Part shown: positions 54,633-64,000 of the stretch, in pieces | How the letters are laid out: each line of letters begins with the position of its first letter | Position numbering within the stretch: the first letter of the stretch is position 1 | Assembly (NCBI GenBank): GCA_964625595.1 | Contig: CAZVDH010000001.1 | Coordinates: forward strand, 9,940 to 73,939 | Length of the DNA stretch: 64,000 nucleotides | Reading direction: 5' to 3' | Source of the DNA: an uncultured Oscillospiraceae bacterium | GTDB lineage: Bacteria; Bacillota; Clostridia; Oscillospirales; Oscillospiraceae | Program-made: the position numbers and the translations under genes | The notes under the pieces: model-generated | What the model was told of the DNA's origin: nothing | The model's input: the letters and a program-made list of their open reading frames with translations, nothing else | The model's database searches: none

Positions 54633-55616
54633 GTGCAGGCAAAGCGTTATGCCCTTGGGTTTGGAGCCGGGATCGGATTTCTTCTGCTGATCCTGGATGG
54701 CAGAACAGCCCTCTCCGGCGCCGCTGCCGGAATTGAGCTGTGTATGAAATCCGTCATTCCCGCCCTGTTTCCCTTTTTTGTGCTTTCCGATGTGCTGGTA
54801 TCCTCTCTATGGGGAAGCAGATCTCCTCTGCTGCGGACCCTGGGACGCTTGTTCGCCGTGCCGGAGGGTGCAGAATCCATCCTGCTCAGCGCCTTTCTGG
54901 GCGGCTACCCCGTGGGCGCAAAGGAAGTATCCAGGGCATACGATGGTGGACTGCTGAAAAAAGAGGATGCTCTCCGGCTGCTTTCTTTCTGCAATCAGCC
55001 CGGTCCGGCATTTCTGTTCGGCATGGTTGGGCCCTGTCTGCCGGAAAGATGGATGGCCTGGGTCCTGTGGGAGATTATCCTCGCCAGCGCACTGTTTGTA
55101 TCCCTGCTGACAAGGCCAGGAACTGCCCGGGCAGAGCTTCCGGCCAGGGAGATACCCACCCCCGCCGCAGCAATGGGAAATGCTCTCCGCTGTATGGGAT
55201 CCGTCTGCGGATGGGTCATAGTCTTCCGGGTAGCTGCCGCCTTTCTGGACCGGTGGGTGCTGTGGTTACTGCCTACTGTCTGGAAAACCGCGGCGCAAGG
55301 CGCGCTGGAACTGAGCAACGGCTGCTGTTTACTCTGTCAAATGCCGGATGTCCGGCTGCGTTTACTTCTTGCTGCCGGGATGCTGTCCTTCGGCGGCTTA
55401 TGCGTCACCATGCAGACAGTTTCCTTGCTGGGTAAGCTTCCGGTAAAAACCTATCTATGGGGAAAAGCGCTTCAGACCGGGTTTGCCCTGGCGCTTTCCT
55501 GCGCCGCCGTCTATGGACATGTATGGTACTGCATAGTCCCCGCCATCCTTGCCGTCATCCTTTTATTCCGAAAAAAGGCAGTAGCTTTTTCCCGGAAGCC
55601 GTTGTATAATAGGTAA
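54633..55616 (+). CDS. ylbJ: Sporulation integral membrane protein YlbJ-like
   Basis: VIPALFPFF, GGYPVGAK, N.PGPAF, ELSNG, SFGGLCV..Q. Confidence 0.85.
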   Translation: MQAKRYALGFGAGIGFLLLILDGRTALSGAAAGIELCMKSVIPALFPFFVLSDVLVSSLWGSRSPLLRTLGRLFAVPEGAESILLSAFLGGYPVGAKEVSRAYDGGLLKKEDALRLLSFCNQPGPAFLFGMVGPCLPERWMAWVLWEIILASALFVSLLTRPGTARAELPAREIPTPAAAMGNALRCMGSVCGWVIVFRVAAAFLDRWVLWLLPTVWKTAAQGALELSNGCCLLCQMPDVRLRLLLAAGMLSFGGLCVTMQTVSLLGKLPVKTYLWGKALQTGFALALSCAAVYGHVWYCIVPAILAVILLFRKKAVAFSRKPLYNR

Positions 55617-55656
55617 AAACAGTGTGAGTGATTCTCTCAGGCAGGAGGTTTTCCCA

Positions 55657-55866
55657 ATGCTTTTCCGAAAAAAGATCGCCCGCTGCTGCGGCTACTGTGT
55701 CCACTGCACGACAATGGAAGAGGGGTTGGTCCTTTGCAGCAAGCGTGGGGTAAAACGCTCCGAAGACCGCTGCTTTCGCTTCCGGTACGATCCGTGCAAG
55801 CGGATCCCGCCAAAGCCGAAAGCCTTGGACTTTTCCAAATACGAATCCGAAGATTTTTCCCTGTAA
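55657..55866 (+). CDS. Small Cys-rich hypothetical protein (69 aa)
   Basis: SD AGGAGG; CCGYCVHC..C..C..YDPCKR.P; promoter -10 TATAAT. Confidence 0.8.
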   Translation: MLFRKKIARCCGYCVHCTTMEEGLVLCSKRGVKRSEDRCFRFRYDPCKRIPPKPKALDFSKYESEDFSL

Positions 55867-55871
55867 AAGCA

Positions 55872-55901
55872 CATCCACCGGCCATAAAAAGCCGGTGGAT
55901 G
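55872..55901. terminator. Bidirectional terminator
   Basis: CATCCACCGGC/GCCGGTGGATG. Confidence 0.75.
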
Positions 55902-55906
55902 TCATT

Positions 55907-58502
<2,596 letters not shown>

Positions 58503-58504
58503 GA

Positions 58505-58549
58505 CCATCCCTCCCGGGAAAGGCTATGCCGGCAGGGATGGGATTATGC
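58505..58549 (-). promoter_or_regulatory. sigE promoter of yunB whose spacer is complementary to the yunB SD
   Basis: GCATA-N16-CATAGCCT; arms CCATCCCTGCCGG and CCGGGAGGGATGG. Confidence 0.7.
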
Positions 58550-58556
58550 GGATTCC

Positions 58557-60947
58557 CTATGACAGTTTTGTTAGGAACTGGGAAGCGGTTTTTGCCATCA
58601 GCTTCTTGGTGCCTATATCATCAAAAGCAATTTCCAGGAGGGCATCCCCGCCCATTTTCAAAACGGTCAGCACCATTCCCCGCCCAAACGCGGCGTGGCT
58701 GACCATGTCGCCCGGATTCAGATCCGGTACTTTTCCAGCTGAAGCAGGCGAAAAGCTGCTGAGATTGGATGTACGGTGCTGTACCGGGCGATTATGTACC
58801 TGGGCGTACCCCTCCGGTCGGCGCTCAGTGCGGCTCTGGAACCCGCCCCGGTGGGTGATCAGTTCCTCGGGAAGCTCTTTCAGGAAACGGGAGGGCAGGC
58901 TTGACGAGGTTCTGCCGTAGATCATCCGCTGCCTTGCGTAGCTGACGGTCAGCTCCTTTTTGGCCCGGGTGATGGCAACATAGCAAAGCCGCCTCTCTTC
59001 CTCCATTTCCTCCGGGTCTCCGATGGCCCGGGTCCCGGGGAACAGACCGTCCTCCATGCCCACCAGGAACACATTGGGAAACTCCAAACCCTTGGCCGAA
59101 TGCATGGTCATCATGACCACAGCGTCGTCCCCCTCGTTGTACTCTTGAATATCCGTATACAGGGCCACTTCCTCCAGGAAGCCCGCCAGCGTGGGGGTCT
59201 CCGCATTTTCCATATAGGTCTGAATACTGGATTTCAGCTCTCGGATATTTTCAAGCCGGGTCTTGTTTTCCTCCGTCGGCTTGGCAATGAGCATATCCGC
59301 GTAGCCGGAGCGGGCTACAAGCTCGTCGTAAAAATCCGGCAGAGGAATCCCACTTTCCTGCAGGGCCTGCATACCGGCAATCAATCCGGTAAACTGCCGC
59401 AGCTTGGGTGCTGGCTTTTCCAGAGCCGCGTAAGAGCCGGGGTCCTCAATCACCGCGTACAGGGGCTTTTCCTCCGCCTCCGCCAGACGCTGGGCAACCT
59501 CGATGGTCTTGGCACCCAGGCCCCTGGGGGGATTGTTAATGATCCGCTTCAGGCGCAAATCGTCGGCAGGGTTATTGATTACGCACAGATAGGACAGCAT
59601 ATCCTTGATCTCAGCCCGGTCAAAGAAGCGGGTGCCGCCGATAACACGGTACGGAATTCCGTTGCGCTTCATGGCGTATTCCAAAGCGTTGGACTGGGCG
59701 TTGGTCCGGTAGAGGATGGCGTAATCTTTCAGGTTCTTCCCCCGGGAACGGGACAGGATCTGACCCGCGACAAAATTGCCCTCCCCGCCCTCATCCGCCG
59801 CCTCATACACGGTAATGGGGTCCCCTGCGGCGTTTTCCGTCCACAGCTTCTTTCCTTTCCGCCCCGCATTGTGGGAGATCACGGCGTTGGCCGCTTTCAG
59901 TATGGACTGGGTGGAGCGGTAGTTCTGCTCCAGCCGGATGGTACGGCAGCCAGGGTACTGCTCTTCAAAGTTCAGGATATTGTCGATGGTCGCGCCCCGG
60001 AAACGGTAAATGCTCTGATCATCGTCACCTACCACGCACAGGTTGTGATGCTCTCCTGCAAGCAGGGAGGCAAGCAGATACTGCATGTGGTTGGTGTCCT
60101 GGTACTCGTCCACCAAAATGTACTTAAATTTATGCTGGTAATAGCTTCGAACCTCCGGATATTGCTGCAGAAGCTGAACCGTCACATAGATGATGTCGTC
60201 GAAGTCCAGCGCGTTATTGTCTTTCAGACGCTGCTGGTATTTTTCATAAGCTTTGGAAATCTGGATCGCTTTCAGATCATTCTTTTCCTCCGCCCTGCCA
60301 AGCATTTGTTCCGGAGAAATCATCCGGTCTTTTTGGCGGCTGATAGCACCCAGGACATACCGGGCGGGAAAGGTCTTATCATCCAGGCCCAAATCCGAGA
60401 TGATCTCTTTCATGATCCGCTCGGAATCCGAAGTATCATAGATGGTGAAGCTGCGGGTATACCCCATCCGGTCAATATCCCTCCGGAGAATCCGGCAGCA
60501 GGCGGAGTGGAAAGTCATTGCCCAAATGTCCTCCGCCTGGGGTCCCAGGAGGACGGACAGCCGATCTTTCATTTCATTTGCCGCCTTGTTGGTAAAGGTA
60601 ATGGCAATCACGCTCCAGGGAGCCGCCGGGTCAAGGGCGCACAGCCGGTCCGCGCGAAATCTGTCTTCTTCCGAAAGCGGCTCGCAGAGGGTTTCCAGGA
60701 ACGAAACATCCTCCTCCGTTACAGTTTCGGGGACATAATCGCTGTCGCTGGCACAGCCAAAACGCAGGAGATTCGCGATCCGGTTGATTAAGACCGTAGT
60801 TTTTCCGCTGCCGGCTCCTGCCAGAAGCAGCAGCGGCCCCTGTGTAGTCAGAACCGCCTGGCGCTGCATATCGTTGAGCTGGGAAAACTGGGAAGCAATA
60901 TACTGCCGCCGTGCGGCAAGAAAACGGGATTGTAATATTTCAGTCAT
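58557..60947 (-). CDS. pcrA: ATP-dependent DNA helicase PcrA/UvrD
   Basis: AGAGSGKT, DEYQDTN, GDDDQSIYRFRGA, HSAKGLEF, EERRL.YVAITRA, C-terminal Tudor-like domain. Confidence 0.97.
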   Translation of the reverse strand: MTEILQSRFLAARRQYIASQFSQLNDMQRQAVLTTQGPLLLLAGAGSGKTTVLINRIANLLRFGCASDSDYVPETVTEEDVSFLETLCEPLSEEDRFRADRLCALDPAAPWSVIAITFTNKAANEMKDRLSVLLGPQAEDIWAMTFHSACCRILRRDIDRMGYTRSFTIYDTSDSERIMKEIISDLGLDDKTFPARYVLGAISRQKDRMISPEQMLGRAEEKNDLKAIQISKAYEKYQQRLKDNNALDFDDIIYVTVQLLQQYPEVRSYYQHKFKYILVDEYQDTNHMQYLLASLLAGEHHNLCVVGDDDQSIYRFRGATIDNILNFEEQYPGCRTIRLEQNYRSTQSILKAANAVISHNAGRKGKKLWTENAAGDPITVYEAADEGGEGNFVAGQILSRSRGKNLKDYAILYRTNAQSNALEYAMKRNGIPYRVIGGTRFFDRAEIKDMLSYLCVINNPADDLRLKRIINNPPRGLGAKTIEVAQRLAEAEEKPLYAVIEDPGSYAALEKPAPKLRQFTGLIAGMQALQESGIPLPDFYDELVARSGYADMLIAKPTEENKTRLENIRELKSSIQTYMENAETPTLAGFLEEVALYTDIQEYNEGDDAVVMMTMHSAKGLEFPNVFLVGMEDGLFPGTRAIGDPEEMEEERRLCYVAITRAKKELTVSYARQRMIYGRTSSSLPSRFLKELPEELITHRGGFQSRTERRPEGYAQVHNRPVQHRTSNLSSFSPASAGKVPDLNPGDMVSHAAFGRGMVLTVLKMGGDALLEIAFDDIGTKKLMAKTASQFLTKLS

Positions 60948-61182
60948 GACGCACCTGTATTTTTTAGGATGCGTCTATTTTACTCCAAAACAAGAAAAAG
61001 GTAAAGAAGTTTTTTAGCACCCCTCGCAGAAAGCTTCCAACGCTGCCGGGCTTGGGAATCATTTTTCAGACCATTTCTGCTGACTCTATTGAATTATGGA
61101 CTTAATTATGCTATTATAAATAAGAAAACCGCTGTTAACATGTCAGGCTGCAAATATGCAGCACTTATTAACGGAGGTTATT

Positions 61183-62328
61183 ATGATGAAAAACAAACAG
61201 GCAAACAAAGAAGCAATGATTGCGGCACTTGATGCAATGATCGACAATTCAGACAAAGGTCCCTCGGGTTTCTGGGTTGATGATTATGAGGGATGTGGAA
61301 ATCCGGCAATTTTCCCCGAATTTCAGGAGGGGCTAAAACGCGGTCGTCTTGTGCAAAAAGAACACTATCTGTGCCCGTGGAATACCGCCGTTATGTACGG
61401 GAATGGACATGGCAATGTGCAAACAGGCTGCTATTACAGTTGCTCCATAGCAAAAGCAAAGTATCTTTCGGGGAAAGAACTGAAAGATGTGCTTATTCGA
61501 TTCAAAAGGAATTTGCAAAACGGGCGATATGACAATCTAAGCGAGTTATCGCCCTTATTAACAAACGATGAAGCAAAGCGGATTGAAAATCGAATCCATA
61601 TGGAGCAGAAGCTGGAGAGGCAAAAAGAAGAAATTGCATACAAGGAACAGCAGCAAAAAGCAGCGTCCCTGATTGCAAAATATCCCGATGAAAAGGAATT
61701 GATCTGTGCTAATTATGGTAAGAAAATACTTGTAAATACTTATAAGGGTGTTCTTGATTTTGACCCGGATGGTTCCAAAAGCGTTGTAGGTGCCGAAAAG
61801 TTTTCTTACAATGAATATCTTGATGTTCAATTCAGGTCTTTAGGACGGTATCGCTCATACTTCGCTAAATGTTATTTCAATTTTCCCATAGAATTTATGG
61901 GGCAGATTGAAAGAATAAAAGCAACGAGCCTGTGCTTCAATCGTATCTTTGTCAGAGGAATGTGCCCGGATGGAGAAATGTTTAACGGAAAAGAAGATCA
62001 TGTCTGGATGGATAAAACCGGGCTGGAACAATTTGGTGTTGGTGATTGTCTTTCTTTTGAAGCAGAGGTTTATCGCTATGTGAAAACCGGAAACGGAAAA
62101 TTGATTGATTTTGGGCTGAGAAATCCCTCTCCCGTATCCGTCAAAAAAATCGAAAGCTATGATCTTCCCTCCGATAAAGAACTAATGCGGCAGGAAATCA
62201 ATTTTGTTATTTGTGAAACCTGCTTTTTGAGTGAACAGTGCAATCGGACATACTGTATAATGGAGCCGAAACAGAAACGAAAACTCCAAAATGATATGCT
62301 TGACATGGTGAATGAAAGCATTGATTAG
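61183..62328 (+). CDS. Hypothetical protein with Cys clusters and a probable C-terminal OB-like domain
   Basis: SD GGAGG; promoter TTGAAT-N17-TATTAT; CPW..CYYSC, DHVW..GD.LSF.AEV..Y, CETC..C..C. Confidence 0.8.
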   Translation: MMKNKQANKEAMIAALDAMIDNSDKGPSGFWVDDYEGCGNPAIFPEFQEGLKRGRLVQKEHYLCPWNTAVMYGNGHGNVQTGCYYSCSIAKAKYLSGKELKDVLIRFKRNLQNGRYDNLSELSPLLTNDEAKRIENRIHMEQKLERQKEEIAYKEQQQKAASLIAKYPDEKELICANYGKKILVNTYKGVLDFDPDGSKSVVGAEKFSYNEYLDVQFRSLGRYRSYFAKCYFNFPIEFMGQIERIKATSLCFNRIFVRGMCPDGEMFNGKEDHVWMDKTGLEQFGVGDCLSFEAEVYRYVKTGNGKLIDFGLRNPSPVSVKKIESYDLPSDKELMRQEINFVICETCFLSEQCNRTYCIMEPKQKRKLQNDMLDMVNESID

Positions 62329-62339
62329 GAGGGCAAAAC

Positions 62340-63125
62340 ATGAAAAAGCGTTTTTTGACTGTCGGATGTTTGCTTCTCTTTTTTCTCAGTGGGTGCGGCT
62401 TTGCAGCTGGTCGTGTCGAAACACTGAAAAGTTGGTCCTTTCAGTATAACGAGGAGACGAATGATTACAGCGTCTTTTTTGGATTGCTCGATGAGAAGAG
62501 CAATCCGCTGGCAGCCGAGGTCGATATTGATATTCGTATTGTAAACGATGCTGACGAAGTGGTATACACCGGAACAAAATCCGTTTCCGTCGATGATTAT
62601 GGCTACTACACAAGCCAAGCTGCCGGAAAACAATACCTTGCCAATGTTCGCATTCCGTCTTCGGATATTTCACACGGGAAATCCTCCAGCGGGAAAGTTT
62701 TTCTGACGGTCTACAAAGGAGATACCGTTCGTTTTGATGAGGTGAATTGTATAGCACTGTATTGTCTCCCAACCAAAGATGTGCAAGTATTGTTTGACAA
62801 TTTTCCTATCGATTTAAAAGTCAATGATTATGCGGGCAGCATCTCTTCAATCATTCAAATACAAAACGCAGAGTATACATTCGACAAAAACTACGTGTCA
62901 AAATTGTCTATTATCATTTCTGGTGAAAAGATATCCGGGGATAGTTCTTTCGGATATGACACAATCAGTTATAAGCTGTATGACAGCGGCGGATATTTGG
63001 TTCACTCAGGCGATATTTATTTGAGAGATTTGACAGTGGGAGATAAATTCAAAGACAATTCGATTGTTTTTTACGATATTACGCCGGGTGAAATATATAC
63101 ACTCAAGCTGCTTGAACGCAGTTGA
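62340..63125 (+). CDS. Hypothetical lipoprotein
   Basis: SD AGGAGG; lipobox FLSGC; beta-rich. Confidence 0.78.
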   Translation: MKKRFLTVGCLLLFFLSGCGFAAGRVETLKSWSFQYNEETNDYSVFFGLLDEKSNPLAAEVDIDIRIVNDADEVVYTGTKSVSVDDYGYYTSQAAGKQYLANVRIPSSDISHGKSSSGKVFLTVYKGDTVRFDEVNCIALYCLPTKDVQVLFDNFPIDLKVNDYAGSISSIIQIQNAEYTFDKNYVSKLSIIISGEKISGDSSFGYDTISYKLYDSGGYLVHSGDIYLRDLTVGDKFKDNSIVFYDITPGEIYTLKLLERS

Positions 63126-63393
63126 TGAATTACTGTTTCCCTACATAAGTGTTTTGAACTGTCTCATAACATAAAATGCGCTTTTGTCAATTGAATCTCT
63201 GAAGTTGTCAGCAGGAACAAAGAAAACTCGGTAAAAGGCAGAAAACACTTTATAGATACTTTAAAACTGCTTACCTGCCTTACTCTCTATTATCGACTAC
63301 CGCCCGATGAAACAGTTCACCGGGCGGTTTCCATTTACAAAAGGATTTATATCGAACGATCAGGTAGCCCAGACCACCAGCAACTGGCTCAAT

Positions 63394-64000
63394 CTACCCG
63401 CCCATGGTTTCCCGCAGCATTTCCAGGGCCTTTTTTTCGATCCGGGATACCTGGACCTGGCTGACGGAAAGCACCTTTGCCGCCCGCTGCTGGGTCAGGC
63501 CGTGGTAGTACCGCAGCTGGATCACCTGCCGCTCCCGCTCCGGGAGAGCCTCCACAGCCTGACGGAGAGCGATTTTCTCCACCATCCGTTCCTCTGACTC
63601 CGTATCGGTCAGAACGTTTTCCAGGGTGAAGCCCTCCTCCCCGGTTTCCCGCTGGATGGATTCCGTGGCGGCGGTGGCAGTCTCCGCTATAGCGATCTCC
63701 TCCGGTGTATACCCTGTATAGTTGGAGATTTCCTGGATCGTCGGTTCCCTGCCCAATTCCAAGGTCAGTTTTGCCCGGGCAGCCTTGATGGCCGCGGCTT
63801 GCTCCTTGATGCCCCGGGAAACTTTGATGGCGCCGTCATCCCGGAGGAAGCGGCGGATCTCTCCGGCGATCTTCGGAACGGCGTAGGTGGAAAACTGGGT
63901 GCCGAATTCCAGGTCAAATCCCTCCACCGCTTTGAGAAACCCCAGACACCCCAGCTGGTACAGGTCCTCCGTCTCCGTTCCCCTACCCACAAACCGCCGG
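63394..64000 (-). CDS. sigF: Sporulation sigma factor SigF (5' end outside the window)
   Basis: EDLYQLGCLG.LKAV..FD...G.QFSTYAVP.I.GEIRRFLRDDG.IKVSR, TQ...A..L.VSQVQVSRIEKK. Confidence 0.88.
   Translation of the reverse strand, partial: RRFVGRGTETEDLYQLGCLGFLKAVEGFDLEFGTQFSTYAVPKIAGEIRRFLRDDGAIKVSRGIKEQAAAIKAARAKLTLELGREPTIQEISNYTGYTPEEIAIAETATAATESIQRETGEEGFTLENVLTDTESEERMVEKIALRQAVEALPERERQVIQLRYYHGLTQQRAAKVLSVSQVQVSRIEKKALEMLRETMGG

Larger units (their letters stand above)
61080..63295 (+). other. AT-rich two-gene islet between pcrA and sigF
   Basis: Visibly lower GC and A/T-ending codons; opposite strand to the flanking genes; no integrase or terminal repeats seen. Confidence 0.7.

Noticed and set aside
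61020-63330. Islet as an IS or prophage remnant
   Set aside because: No transposase, integrase, terminal inverted repeats or target duplication could be seen.

Overview
Core-chromosome window (about 55-60% GC by eye) from a spore-forming Clostridia-class Firmicute, most consistent with Oscillospiraceae/Ruminococcaceae. It carries housekeeping genes (T-box-controlled pheST, addAB, ispE, mutS2, recO, era, ybeY, phoH, ligA, pcrA), an eight-gene shikimate/Phe/Tyr operon, an MBOAT/DHHW/SGNH envelope O-acylation cluster and an atypical membrane Ser/Thr kinase. Many sporulation genes (spoVAD/E, spoIIR, yqfCD, ylbJ, yunB, yqzL, sigF) are interleaved with vegetative genes, and there is a two-gene AT-rich islet. 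No rRNA, tRNA, CRISPR array or transposase was recognised. The most interesting signals are non-coding or very small. (1) A recurring architecture in which a sporulation-sigma promoter's own spacer/-10 is the reverse complement of the downstream Shine-Dalgarno, so read-through mRNA would be translationally locked and only the sporulation-promoter transcript is open (mazF, ORF1, spoIIR, yunB, possibly yqzL). (2) An antitoxin-less MazF behind such a lock and a forespore-type promoter. (3) An unannotated Phe/Tyr-rich 22-aa leader peptide with a classical ribosome-dependent attenuator in front of the aro operon. (4) An unannotated sigG-type 41-aa peptide that is 71% Asn/Gln. All promoter and RNA-structure calls were made by eye and need computational or experimental confirmation.
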